DNA of 63,643 bases, filler included, from Octopus bimaculoides (lineage: Eukaryota): the NCBI RefSeq assembly GCF_001194135.2. It is 6 parts of 5 records of this genome, joined end to end, with 100 filler letters (N's around TTAATTAATTAA, not from the genome) between each part and the next. Parts side by side here need not be neighbours in the genome. Positions count along the whole stretch, not along the records: positions 1 to 23,917 come from NC_068988.1; positions 24,018 to 35,396 come from NC_068988.1; 4 more parts are not named here. One strand, 5' to 3'. Position 1 is the stretch's first letter. Each line of letters opens with the position of its first letter. The position numbers were made by a program, and so were the translations under genes. Of the stretch, positions 11,055-25,229 are shown piece after piece. A model generated the notes under the pieces. It did no database searches and was not told the origin of the DNA. It worked only from the letters and a program-made list of their open reading frames with translations.

Positions 11055-12159
11055 TGTGTACGTACGTGCGTGCTTGGGTGTCTGCGTGTGTGTGTTTATT
11101 TGTTTGTCTAATTGAAATTTAAATCAAATATCTTGCAATAGATATGTCTTTTAGCAGAATGTCTTTTAATTTTAAGAGTTTTGGCTATACTACTTCTTAA
11201 TTAAATAGAGTGCTTTACGGTAGAGCTAACATTTTGGAAACTTGTGTCTCTTGAAATTGTTCTGGTTAATTCTTACGTAATAAATATTCTCTATAAAAGC
11301 ATCGTTTCTCAAGGCATCATTATTTTAATTTAAAAATGGTTAAATTATTGAAAATGTATAAAGACGAATTTCCATATTCTTCGAATAATACTTAAGATGC
11401 CTGACGGTTGTTTCATCATCATCATGATATAGCTGTATATTATTCCATTTACGGTAAGGATATCAATTGATAATTTCTATGATTGTAAAGAAATCTATGA
11501 AACAACGACTGTGTTAAGCTGCGAGTCTTTTGTAATCTTTCAATCAAATTCTTTGTACAGTTTAATAAAACCATTTTGTAAAATTGTCCTTGTGATGAGT
11601 ATGTATTGCTAATGATAATTTAACAATCAAATTAATATATTCCGTGAATCTGCTCCGGAAGCTTATAGAGATGAAAGGTAAAGTACAGAATCCAATAGTT
11701 TAGTAAATCCTGCTGAATACAAACATGCACAACATGCACAAGCATGCATGCGCGCGCGCACGCACACATATGCATGAATACATGCAAATGTATGTATGTA
11801 TGTATATATATATATATATATATATAGGTGTGTGTGTGTGTGAGTATGTATACATACATATATTTGCATGTGTTTATGCATATGTATGTGTGTGCGCGAG
11901 TGCGTGATTGTGTATGTATATATATACATTCATATATATATATATATATATANNNNNNNNNNNNNNNNNNNNNNNNNNNNNNNNNNNNNNNNNNNNNNNN
12001 NNNNNNNNNNNNNNNNNNNNNNNNNNNNNNNNNNNNNNNNNNNNNNNNNNNNNNNNNNNNNNNNNNNNNNNNNNNNNNNNNNNNNNNNNNNNNNNNNNNN
12101 NNNNNTGCATGAATACATGCAAATGTATGTATGTATGTATATATATATATATATATATA

Positions 12160-12397
12160 TAGCAATAAGAAAATGGAGTGGACTATGTGGTACTCATCAA
12201 CTTGCAGACATTGTATTATGGCAATTTACAAGTTTACAATAAATATAATATACAAACACATATGACACACTATGTCATGTGTGTTTGTATATTGTTTTTA
12301 TTGTCCTCTTAGTTGAAAAATAAACTGGTAAATTGACATAATACAATGTCTGCAAGTTGATGAGTACCACATAGTCCACTTCATTTTCTTATTGCTA
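12160..12397. mobile_element. MITE with ~75-bp TIRs in TA context (Tc1/mariner-type)
   Basis: tagcaataagaaaatggagtggactatgtggtactcatcaacttgcagacattgtattatg pairs with cataatacaatgtctgcaagttgatgagtaccacatagtccacttcattttcttattgcta. Both ends are flanked by TA. Confidence 0.85.
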
Positions 12398-12803
12398 TAT
12401 AAATTATGGGTAAAATTTCCCTTTACCCGCACCCATTTATTGCACTTAATAAAAATACTAGTATAATAGTTATTGGGTATCCTTCCGGCATTATATTGGA
12501 TAGATATTATCCCTTAGTGGTTTGGATTCACAACCCCAAACATTCTTGGATTACATGCAAATTATATTGATTTTAGAACGATTGTGCTGATGAAACACGG
12601 ACGTTTTTATGTAAGTAAAAAGTTGATGAGGAAACCGGTACACGATTAATTCTTTATTTTGTATATTTTTCATTTTGTCTTGCCCGCCTATGCTCTGGTG
12701 TTTGATGAATTTTTTCTGGAGAACATTATTTTTTCTTTGTGGTTGTGTCGTTGATGACTTCTTTCTAGCATATCGGATGTCCACTTAGTGGTCATCCCTT
12801 ATA

Positions 12804-12839
<36 letters not shown>

Positions 12840-13339
12840 GTCTTATGTATGCACACACACGCACACATACACACATACATACACGCATATATATATATAC
12901 ATATATANNNNNNNNNNNNNNNNNNNNNNNNNNNNNNNNNNNNNNNNNNNNNNNNNNNNNNNNNNNNNNNNNNNNNNNNNNNNNNNNNNNNNNNNNNNNN
13001 NNNNNNNNNNNNNNNNNNNNNNNNNNNNNNNNNNNNNNNNNNNNNNNNNNNNNNNNNNNNNNNNNNNNNNNNNNNNNNNNNNNNNNNNNNNNNNNNNNNN
13101 NNNNNNNNNNNNNNNNNNNNNNNNNNNNNNNNNNNNNNNNNNNNNNNNNNNNNNNNNNNNNNNNNNNNNNNNNNNNNNNNNNNNNNNNNNNNNNNNNNNN
13201 NNNNNNNNNNNNNNNNNNNNNNNNNNNNNNNNNNNNNNNNNNNNNNNNNNNNNNNNNNNNNNNNNNNNNNNNNNNNNNNNNNNNNNNNNNNNNNNNNNNN
13301 NNNNNNNNNNNNNNNNNNNNNNNNNNNNNNNNNNNNNNN

Positions 13340-13627
13340 ATCTTATCTGGCCACCACACTCCCCAGATCTTAATATTATTGAACATTTATTGTGCATTTT
13401 AGAAAATCAAGTAAAGATTCGATATCCTTCACCATCTTCACTACAAGAAGTGGAGACTGTTTTAGCTGAAGAATGTACAAAAATTCCTTTGGAAACAATT
13501 CAATCTTTGTACGAGTCCATACCTCGTATACTTCAAGCTGTAATTACTGCCAAAGGCGGTCCTATCTCATATTAAAATACATTTGTTTGAAATCTTAAGG
13601 TGTTTCCATTATTCTGTCCAACCCCTG
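13340..13627 (+). mobile_element. Tc1-family transposon 3' end (transposase C-terminus plus TIR); 5' part lies in the gap
   Basis: Translation LIWPPHSPDLNIIEHL...LQAVITAKGGPISY* matches the Tc1 WPxxSPDLNPIE motif and AVIxAKGG tail. It ends ggtgtttccattattctgtccaacccctg|TA. Confidence 0.9.
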
Positions 13628-14188
13628 TATATAAATAGAAAGAGAGGGAGAGTGATACAGACAGACATGGCATGTTTCAAATCTGTTGCTGAGCAAGACT
13701 ATTTCGAAATCAATTAATTTGGATGATGAGGAAACACAAATGATTTAAACATAATGAATACATTTCAAGATATATAACTGTAAGTAACTTACGATATAAA
13801 TATAAACGTACACAATGCATTTCCTTAAATAAAACCAAAAATCTTATGACATTAGATAGAACAGTAAATATAATATTGAATAATTCTTGAAAATGTATTA
13901 ATATAATCTAAAATTAAAATACAAAGGAAAATTGTGGTATTTACCCGTTCGCAAGAAAAAAAATTCTTTCAAATATGTTGACGAATTCATAAATGATTGA
14001 ACGTAAAATGTAAAGAAATATCATATGGCTTTTATTAAGAAACTATATAACAATAGCTTGCTAATTGGTAATATTCCATTCAATTACTGTAGTTCTAGAT
14101 TCGGTTTAACAAACAAAAAGTAGATGAGAAAATATCAGCGTGCTATGTAATGTGTTCAATTTAAAGAAAAACAAATTAAATGTTGTTT

Positions 14189-14227
<39 letters not shown>

Positions 14228-14774
14228 CATATACTGTATAGAAGGAAGATATGCTGCAAGCAAATATTAGACGATTAAAATAATAATAATACACATCGAA
14301 AATTTTAATGAAGGTATAAAACGTAGTTTTAAATATTTTATACATTCTTTAAGTAATACGTATGTGTTGTTTTGACTGTTATTTTTTTTTAATCATATAT
14401 AAATCAGGTGTTTGCATTTGCCAAAGAAAAGTTCAAAGTTTTACTAATGCGTATTAACGCATTTGTAGTATTCATTCATTCCCTCGCATTTACACAAGAC
14501 CACGAGACACGCCAATTTTGAAAATGTGTTGACTAGGTTAGATATTCTTTCTATATCTGGTAAATTTCTTTCAATTCAGCAGCTGCAATAATTTACCTGC
14601 CATTTCCCATTTATGTTTTCTTATATTAGTCATTCCATAGAGGTAACGTTTTCGCTGTTATGGAGGAAAATGCAAGAAGTGTGTATGCGTTTATTTTCAC
14701 AGGTTACTTCACACCAAACAGGTAATTTGATAAGATTATGAATCGTAGGTATTTCAATTCACATCATTATTTTT

Positions 14775-15012
14775 CTTTTTACTTGTTTTAGTATGGCGGC
14801 CATGCTGGGGCACAGGCTTGAAGAATATTTAGTCGAGCATATAGACCCGAGTATTGATACTTTTTAAAACATGGTGCTTATTCCACAGGTTTCTTTTGCC
14901 AAGTTACGTTGACGTAAGCACACCAGCACCGGTTGTCCAGCAATGGTAGTGGGGGACAACACAAACATAACGACACACAGACGCAAATAAACGGACGGAC
15001 GGACAGACAGAC

Positions 15013-15071
<59 letters not shown>

Positions 15072-15088
15072 CAGATAGACAGATAGAC

Positions 15089-15144
<56 letters not shown>

Positions 15145-15264
15145 TTATATATGCCGGGCTTCTTTCAGTTTCGTTCTACTAAATCCATTCACAAGACTTT
15201 GCCCGGCCGACGCCTATAGCAGAAAACGTGCGATTATGAAGCAACTTTCTTACCGCACAGCCAC
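14775..15264 (-). mobile_element. SINE family B with central (GATA/GACA)n
   Basis: Both halves match 30397-30820 in reverse complement. The central microsatellite spans ~14995-15143. Confidence 0.8.
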
Positions 15265-15668
15265 AAAATGAATCAAAGACTTAGATNNNNNNNNNNNNNN
15301 NNNNNNNNNNNNNNNNNNNNNNNNNNNNNNNNNNNNNNNNNNNNNNNNNNNNNNNNNNNNNNNNNNNNNNNNNNNNNNNNNNNNNNNNNNNNNNNNNNNN
15401 NNNNNNNNNNNNNNNNNNNNNNNNNNNNNNNNNNNNNNNNNNNNNNNNNNNNNNNNNNNNNNNNNNNNNNNNNNNNNNNNNNNNNNNNNNNNNNNNNNNN
15501 NNNNNNNNNNNNNNNNNNNNNNNNNNNNNNNNNNNNNNNNNNNNNNNNNNNNNNNNNNNNNNNNNNNNNNNNNNNNNNNNNNNNNNNNNNNNNNNNNNNN
15601 NNNNNNNNNNNNNNNNNNNNNNNNNNNNNNNNNNNNNNNNNNNNNNNNNNNNNNNNNNNNNNNNNNNN

Positions 15669-15701
<33 letters not shown>

Positions 15702-17994
15702 GTGTGTGCGTGTGCATATTCTTCCCTCGGCAATTAGAAACCACATGAGAAACATATAACGGAGTCATTATGAAAAATGTGTCTCTAAGCAAACACAGTA
15801 ATAAATAATAGCTTATAGTAGATTACTAGCCGGTCACTTGGGATCGTCGCAGGGAAAAAGGAACCCAATACAACCCTTTCGTGGTCACCAACTAATCTGG
15901 CAATACTCCACATTTTGTGTGGAAATAGGGATATTGGCCATCTTGTAGAATAAAAATCGAGACATATCAAAGGAATATGTAGCCATCCATTAGTATGTAT
16001 ACAAGCACATTAAATATCTATGTATACATTTAGAGATGTCTCCACTTTATTTGAATATGCGTAGCTAAACCATATAACTTTCATACCTGCAGCTTCGAAA
16101 TTGGTAGCAGCGGGCACCAAGTGGAGGAGCTGTTGCCGGTAACAACATCCCATCATGCAGGGTAACTTGGAATCATGCTTCATTTTCTGGATGCACAGAC
16201 ACACCAGGCTGGGCATTACTGCTTAGTCTCCAGGACACTTCAGCCACTTTGACAATATCCTGCATTCTTATACAAGTTCAGTTTTCATTTCCCCCTTTCT
16301 TGCAACTGTGCATATCATGTATGAACGAGAAAATGTGTCTGATATGCACGCTGTGCTATCTCCTAATTGTAAACTTTCTGCTACTCATGCATGTATTTAG
16401 CGAGTAAGACTGCGTGGCACATATTTCACTTGTCCTAACTAAGGGCCAGCTTGTCTTGCTGCAGTGGGTTGGATAATCCGCACAGATGCAAATATGAAAT
16501 AGTTCCATTTACATAATCTCTGAATTACGGAGGATATGATATAATTGGGAAGAGACGCAGTTTCTAGCCTCCTATCGCGGGATTACATGATTTGTTGAAG
16601 AACTGCCCAGTCAGCCTTGAATTCTATCGATCGCTGGTGGCTGAAAACTCTGGGGCCAATTTCATAGTTTGGGAGCCTGTAAGAAAAGTATTGTCGTAAA
16701 TAGTTGTATCCCTTTAGTGTACCCAGTGTTTTGGTGCTGTGAAATAGATGACATTGTTTTATTTATCACCATTAGACGTACATGTCTTCTCTCATCTTAT
16801 GTCGTCTTTAATCCTTTCTCGTTTTTATCTGTTATTTTTGGCAGTCCATAAGTCAGCGTCAAAAGTTGACGGAAGAATTATCCATAATATGTTGGATTAC
16901 AATGTATCGTAAACTCGATCTAAGGTATATTCAGTAACTCAGGAGCTGCGCAGTTCGCTTTTCTTGGGTTGCTTTCTGCCTTTTTATTTTATTCGAAGGG
17001 CTTTTAACCTATGCTATTATTTATATCTGAATTTGGTTCGAGATACATCGTTAATGAAGACTTATATACGTGTAATATTACACAAAATGTTAAATCTTTT
17101 ACTTAATTACACACAAAATGTAATTTCTCCAACAATAAGATTTATGTTCAACTATTTTATTCTACACAGAAATTGACTTATATTTCGTCATTGTATTCCC
17201 ATTAACAACGTGAAATTTGCTACTTTCCTAATCTTCTCTAATCTTTGACATTATAAAATGTGTCTTTATATTACACAATTTACACTGCATCAAATTATAT
17301 AGCACGACAGTCATCAAAGTATCAAAGCTGCTTACAGAATAATGCAGCTTAGCAAAGATAGTAATTATTACTTACTTTCTAAATTTAATGTTACCAGTTC
17401 TTCTTCTTACCAACACAAAATAATCCACGCGACAGAAAAGAACGCTTCCTCGTGATAACTCAAAATTTTAAGGACATATAACAATCATCAAATCCCCTTT
17501 AACTTTTGCTCTACAATATAACTCAAAAGACACACTGGAGATTGTAAACTTATATATTCTACACATGAATGGGAAAGATAAACAATGCGATAGTCACAGC
17601 TGGAATTCTCCTATATTTGGAAACGCTTGCTAATGGTTAGTCTTGCGTTGAGCAGAAAAATCAGAGAAAGATTCATGCAAAATTACTCTTTTAAACGCAG
17701 TAGTGGTGCTTGGCGTGGTCCATGCAACCCAGTTATTACTAAATAACTGGTCCTGTTATACACAAATTATTATTCACGCTATCCATTGGAGGATGAAATG
17801 TTTGTATCTACGGTAAATGAGTCATGTAGGAACATGGAAATTCATTCCCTTCTTCTTCCAATGCAGACCGCGTGAATAATGGTAAAATTCCTAAATTTTT
17901 ACTTCAGCTTCCAAATGAGTGTTGTTAACGTGAGTCTTAAGTATGAACGAAGAAAGCGATGTGTGGAGGTTGGTCGTCAACCGAATCTTCAATG

Positions 17995-17996
17995 AA

Positions 17997-18031
<35 letters not shown>

Positions 18032-18104
18032 AGAAGAAGAAGAAGAAGAAGAAGAAGAAGAAGAAGAAGAAGAAGAAGAAGAAGAAGAAGAAGAAGAAGA
18101 AGAA
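17995..18104. repeat. (GAA)n microsatellite running into a gap
   Basis: Near-perfect GAA run; explains the poly-E/K/S pseudo-ORFs. Confidence 0.95.
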
Positions 18105-18654
18105 NNNNNNNNNNNNNNNNNNNNNNNNNNNNNNNNNNNNNNNNNNNNNNNNNNNNNNNNNNNNNNNNNNNNNNNNNNNNNNNNNNNNNNNNNNNNNNNN
18201 NNNNNNNNNNNNNNNNNNNNNNNNNNNNNNNNNNNNNNNNNNNNNNNNNNNNNNNNNNNNNNNNNNNNNNNNNNNNNNNNNNNNNNNNNNNNNNNNNNNN
18301 NNNNNNNNNNNNNNNNNNNNNNNNNNNNNNNNNNNNNNNNNNNNNNNNNNNNNNNNNNNNNNNNNNNNNNNNNNNNNNNNNNNNNNNNNNNNNNNNNNNN
18401 NNNNNNNNNNNNNNNNNNNNNNNNNNNNNNNNNNNNNNNNNNNNNNNNNNNNNNNNNNNNNNNNNNNNNNNNNNNNNNNNNNNNNNNNNNNNNNNNNNNN
18501 NNNNNNNNNNNNNNNNNNNNNNNNNNNNNNNNNNNNNNNNNNNNNNNNNNNNNNNNNNNNNNNNNNNNNNNNNNNNNNNNNNNNNNNNNNNNNNNNNNNN
18601 NNNATAAATATATATAGATATATATATATATATATATTAATGTATCTAAATGTC

Positions 18655-18734
<80 letters not shown>

Positions 18735-19621
18735 CTCGTACACGCAATTGAAGCAGCATTACATTCAAAAAGCCATTTATGTATCATAAATAATAATCGT
18801 CCAGACAGTGGTTGTTAGCGATATCGAAGATGTACATCACTCTGACATATATTGCATTTTTAATGCACTGCGCCTATAATAGATTTTATTTCAGATGTAG
18901 ACCACATTGTGTTGCCTGTCAGCGATACATATACGTTAAGTATGATACATAGAGCATTAGTTTAACTTAATGCTGTTTCAGCTGTTTACACCAAGATTTT
19001 GTTTGTGCATGCGTATGGTGGAAAGACGGCTGCAGTGCATGAGGTGTTCTCGTTAGCTGCTAGTGGGGCAATTTTTGCCTCCCCAGCCCCAATATATATT
19101 GTTTTTTTACACACTACGTCTATAAGAGGTTATACCTGGGAAGAAAACTGCAGTATTTTGCCTGCCCACATTGTATAGGCGTTAAGTATGGAATATTGAT
19201 GACTATAGAAATTTTGTTAAATTTCTTCACACCTCTTGAAGTTTTTCAAATTTTCACCAGGTTATCTTCTAAAAATGTAGTTCTGATGTTGTATTGAATG
19301 CTGCTGACAAAAATCGCATTTATGTTTTGAAGAAATTTATATAAAAGTTACAGGCATATAAAGTGACGTAATTTAAGCCAATTCTGGCTTCAATTCCTGA
19401 AGAAATTGGGGGTCGTAAGAGTCCGCCTGGGAACAGCACACCACACACATGAAACCTTTACTTTGCTAGAAATAGCAGCCAATTCCTTCGAACTCACGAC
19501 CCTCAAAACACTTACTAGGCCCCACATATTGATATAATATCTTTTTTTCTGTTGGAGGTTTTTTAGCCGTTACCTTTCATTTGTTTCAGCCATTACATTG
19601 TCGTCATTCGAATGAGTCGAC

Positions 19622-19666
<45 letters not shown>

Positions 19667-20469
19667 NNNNNNNNNNNNNNNNNNNNNNNNNNNNNNNNNN
19701 NNNNNNNNNNNNNNNNNNNNNNNNNNNNNNNNNNNNNNNNNNNNNNNNNNNNNNNNNNNNNNNNNNNNNNNNNNNNNNNNNNNNNNNNNNNNNNNNNNNN
19801 NNNNNNNNNNNNNNNNNNNNNNNNNNNNNNNNNNNNNNNNNNNNNNNNNNNNNNNNNNNNNNNNNNNNNCAAATTAAATTTGTATACACAAATTAAATCT
19901 TGCCATGGAGGAATGTATTGGCGGACAAAAAACAAGACAGGAAAACAAACAGAAAAGGCTTTACGGCCAGACGAGAAAAATTATGTGTGTATGAACGCTG
20001 TGAGGCACGAACTTGAAAGTAGGGACGAAGTAGTTCGCGTGTTTGCTCGGCGATAGCCAAGGAAGAAAAGGATTATTGACCGGAAGCATGTGACCATGCC
20101 GGTGTAAGGGAAAGAGAGAGAGTGGTAGAGGGAGAAACAAAGGGAGGAAATAGAAGAATAGATGAGCAACGAGAGGAAAAGAGAAAGAGAGGAAGTACCA
20201 GGGGGAAAAAGAGATACGTAGTAGTAACAGAGGAAGAACGAGAGGGGTAAAGCGAGATACGTAGTAGTAAAGAGGAAGAACGAGAGGGGGGAAAATGATA
20301 GAGGAAGAGAAAGAGAAAGAGATAGAGTAGCGTCGGAAAATATGAAGTTACGAAAACTACTTACAAATTGGTCATGTAAAAACAAATAGTAAATGAGTAT
20401 ATGCATATATACGTACAGGTATGTGTATACCGACATCCGCCTGTATATATATATGTATATATATATTTT

Positions 20470-20838
<369 letters not shown>

Positions 20839-21698
20839 ATAGGTTTGGTGGTGGAGAAAGAATACTATTAATGCCATCATCATCATTATCATCGTCATCA
20901 ACACTACACTTGATAAAATAGCAATATTAGTTACCCAGTCCTTCTCCACCACTAAGACTACCACTTTTTCTTTTAAACTCTGTTTACAATTTTATCATAA
21001 GAATAGAGGAATTACATTTAATATCGATCTATTTATGGGGCCCAATATGTTTTGGGGATTGTAAGTACTGTAAAATGTTACATCCATGGAGATTGACTTT
21101 AATTTATTGTTTCACAATGTGTTGTCTTTCCATTTTAGACATTATGGTGTAGTTAAGCAGGTCGAGAGACCACGTAGAAGTTTGGCGTATGCTTTTCCCA
21201 TTGGACAAACAGTCACGACTTCCGCTATATTCAGCAGTCGAAGCTTCGATTACATTAGCTTAAATGCCTGTAACTTCATTATTAATGTGCTAAATGAACA
21301 TTTATATCGTCTGCCAATGATATAGATATGCCTTTTGGTGATAATTTTCATTCTGTCGCTCATAATTAGTGTTGAATAAGCCTGCTAGTTATTTGCAATT
21401 TCAGTGCCTCAAAAGACACCGAAAACCTACACATCGTTAGCAATGAGGTACGGCTGGTACCCCACTACACAACGTCAGGCATGAAGAGACCGTGTAGCTC
21501 GAAATCACGTGATCTGGCAGTTCCGGTGCCGCAGCAGACAATTATCGTTCACCAACTATATAAATGTATACTTTCATACACCATGCGTCCATATGGGAGG
21601 TTCTCTCAACGTAAATAACATAATGTTAGGCGTTCTGAAGAAACATCCACGTTGAGCCGGATATACAACTTACCTTTCCCTATCTATATATAAACAAT

Positions 21699-21835
21699 TC
21701 GGCCGCGGTTGACTTTGCCGTTCATTCTTTCGGGGTGGATCGATAAACTGAGTACCAGTTGCGTGTTGGGTCGATCTAATCGACTGGCCTCCTCCCACAA
21801 AAGTTCGGCCCTTGTGCCTAGAGTAGAAAAGAATA
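21699..21835 (+). mobile_element. SINE family C, 5'-truncated
   Basis: gactttgcc...ttcattctttcgggg...gataaactgagtaccagtt core is shared with 24261-24462, 50905-51117 and 57728-57942. Confidence 0.85.
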
Positions 21836-22449
21836 TATATATATATATATATGTGTGTTTGTTTCCTTTTTTTTTCTACAATATTCTAATATCTGCGACT
21901 GGGGATATTCTCTCATTTTTACATCTTTCTGACTTCTCCCTCTCTGATAACGTAATAATCAGCTTATGGCATCCTTTCTCAATATGATGATCCGCATGCT
22001 TGGCTAGTCTAGAAACAGCTGTAAAAGGCTCTGTATATTTATATCCTCTATCTAAATTAAATGTCATTTTCAAGTAATGCTAAAACGTCTTCCTTTTTCG
22101 TTTTTACTTTAATGCATATCTACCTACTCAAGGCAAAATTACTTTTAGCCAACTGAGATAAGCAATCTCAACACAAGACATTCAGTTGCAGATTAAACTA
22201 GAGTTTTAGTGGAAAACCAAATAGTACATGCCTGTTATTTTACGTCAGTTGGCAAAAACTCCTTATATATTCAACGAAAGCCTTCTTTTTTTCTGTCGTG
22301 GGTTTACATGCTCCTTTATTAGACTATATTCCTTAGTCATTTACACGGTGATCGCCATCAGCTTTAAGCTTATATAAGAATAACATCATTATTAATAACA
22401 GGATTGTAAAAACAGTACCATATAATAAATAAACCCATTCGCACCGAAA

Positions 22450-22486
<37 letters not shown>

Positions 22487-23442
22487 TAGATAGATAGATA
22501 GANNNNNNNNNNNNNNNNNNNNNNNNNNNNNNNNNNNNNNNNNNNNNNNNNNNNNNNNNNNNNNNNNNNNNNNNNNNNNNNNNNNNNNNNNNNNNNNNNN
22601 NNNNNNNNNNNNNNNNNNNNNNNNNNNNNNNNNNNNNNNNNNNNNNNNNNNNNNNNNNNNNNNNNNNNNNNNNNNNNNNNNNNNNNNNNNNNNNNNNNNN
22701 NNNNNNNNNNNNNNNNNNNNNNNNNNNNNNNNNNNNNNNNNNNNNNNNNNNNNNNNNNNNNNNNNNNNNNNNNNNNNNNNNNNNNNNNNNNNNNNNNNNN
22801 NNNNNNNNNNNNNNNNNNNNNNNNNNNNNNNNNNNNNNNNNNNNNNNNNNNNNNNNNNNNNNNNNNNNNNNNNNNNNNNNNNNNNNNNNNNNNNNNNNNN
22901 NNNNNNNNNNNNNNNNNNNNNNNNNNNNNNNNNNNNNNNNNNNNNNNNNNNNNNNNNNNNNNNNNNNNNNNNNNNNNNNNNNNNNNNNNNNNNNNNNNNN
23001 NNNNNNNNNNNNNNNNNNNNNNNNNNNNNNNNNNNNNNNNNNNNNNNNNNNNNNNNNNNNNNNNNTATATATATATATATATATATTCACATAGTATAAT
23101 AATGGTACTTAATTAAATAAATCTAACCTCGACTAAGACGTTTTATTTGTAAGTTTTCCACTGAGAGAAACCATTCTTAGAGATACTCATACTCTTCTCT
23201 AAGAACTTCAAATGTACGAATAAATCACAGTCACTTATTGATAATCTTAATATATATTTGTAGGTATAGCCTTACACGTACCTACACACATATGTATATA
23301 TATTTGTATAAGTATGGTTATAGGTATTTATACACATGAATGTATATTTGTATATATATATATAGACACACATATATATATATATACTTATATAAATATG
23401 TCTATATATGTGAATACGTGCATGTATGGGTATAGATTTTAC

Positions 23443-23850
23443 CTCTTACTTCTTTCAGTTAATAGACTGCGGTGATTTTTAGTCGAATGTATCGACCCCA
23501 GTACTTATTTATTTTTCAAAACCTTTTACTTATTCTAGCGGTCTCTTTTGTCGAACCGTTAATTTACAGGGAAGTAATTGCATCAAAATCAATTGTCAAG
23601 TGGTGATGGGAGAGAAACACAGACTCATAAACACACACACGCACACACACACACACATATACATACATACATACATACATGCACACGTATTCCATCATTC
23701 TTGTACTTGTTTCAGTCAGTCGATTGCAGTCATGCTGGAGCCTTGAAGTGTTTCAGCCGAGTCTAATGCTTATAGTATCGGTCTTTTTTGTCGAACTGCT
23801 AGGTTATGGAAATGTAAACACACAAACACCGTTTGTCAAGTGATATAGTG
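23443..23850 (-). mobile_element. Two adjacent 3' halves of SINE family B
   Basis: Two similar segments (23443-23612 and 23697-23850), each containing ...gtctcttttgtcgaacc/tg... and separated by (CA)n. Confidence 0.7.
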
Positions 23851-23961
23851 ATGGGGGGGGTGCAAACACAGACATGAATCCCCCCCCCACACACAAATAT
23901 ATATATATATATATATANNNNNNNNNNNNNNNNNNNNNNNNNNNNNNNNNNNNNNNNNNNN

Positions 23962-23973
23962 TTAATTAATTAA
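23962..23973. other. Assembly gap linker TTAATTAATTAA inside N runs (also 35441-35452, 43443-43454, 46874-46885, 55470-55481)
   Basis: The same 12-mer sits between 44-N blocks, giving 100-bp spacers, five times. It has stops in all six frames. Confidence 0.95.
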
Positions 23974-24017
23974 NNNNNNNNNNNNNNNNNNNNNNNNNNN
24001 NNNNNNNNNNNNNNNNN

Positions 24018-24462
<445 letters not shown>

Positions 24463-24479
24463 ATTGTAATGGATTAATA

Positions 24480-24895
24480 TTATTATTATGTTGTTGTTTT
24501 TTTTCGTATTTCTTCAAATTTTCTTCCATTTCTCGCCGAGTGTTTTCCGTACACCTGGGGCAGAGAAGCTCATTATATGCATTCCCAGTTTACATTTACA
24601 TACGCAAATTCACAGGTAAAATATGGATTTAAAAAATTAATAATAAATAAATACATGAATGGATGTTGCTTTCACAGCGATAATGCGCGTCTCAGTACAT
24701 GAGTCGTTCCAATTAACAAGATCTTTGGCACCTCCTGTAGGGATGGTAGGCCTGGTATCATTTTCAAATAGGTTTCAGTAACTTTTTTCTTCAATTCTAG
24801 AGATCCTATAATCACTGGTACGGTAGTCGCCTTGAGATGCCACATTTTTTCAATTTCTATTAGCACGTCTTTACATTCACTGATCTTGTCAAATT
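24480..24895 (-). mobile_element. 3' end of an R4/Dong-like (RLE) non-LTR retrotransposon
   Basis: IEIEKMWHLKATTVPVIIGSLE...PSLQEVPKILLIGTTHVLRRALSL* matches the R4/Dong C-terminus (PIIVGALG...LQKxxLLGTAHILRR). The 3' UTR ends in an (AAC)(AAT)n tail. Confidence 0.8.
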
Positions 24896-24913
24896 CTTCT
24901 TCTTCTTCTTCTT

Positions 24914-25011
<98 letters not shown>

Positions 25012-25149
25012 TCTAGTCTTATTTTTATAACGTGCTTTCATTGCACTACCGAGTGCAGCTCTGTGTGCCTTGGGTATGTGCTGTGGTTTGCTGTGATGCT
25101 CTTATATTTACTGTATTGAAAGTGTTTTACGTTGGATATTATTATTATT

Positions 25150-25227
<78 letters not shown>
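24895..25227. repeat. (TTC)n(TTA)n and (TTA)n microsatellites
   Basis: Runs at 24895-25010 and 25138-25227. Confidence 0.9.

Positions 25228-25229
<2 letters not shown>

Noticed and set aside
10563-11111. Long ORFs spanning N runs (also 12.8-13.4, 15.3-15.8, 17.9-18.8, 22.4-23.1, 30.7-31.8, 57.0-57.7 and 61.7-62.6 kb)
   Set aside because: They are open only because N has no stop codons; assembly artefacts.
15830-16680. Non-repetitive, GC-richer block as a coding remnant
   Set aside because: Frequent stops in all frames and no recognisable motif; unresolved without a search.
18981-19180. Plus-strand frame VYTKILFVHAYGGKTAAVHEVFS... as an exon or nuclease motif
   Set aside because: Weak donor, and only superficial likeness to HAxxGCD-type motifs; cannot be supported.
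21405-21447. Plus-strand 43-nt exon candidate (ttcAG...GAG|GTACGG)
   Set aside because: Plausible splice sites but no recognisable peptide, and it conflicts with the better-supported minus-strand set.
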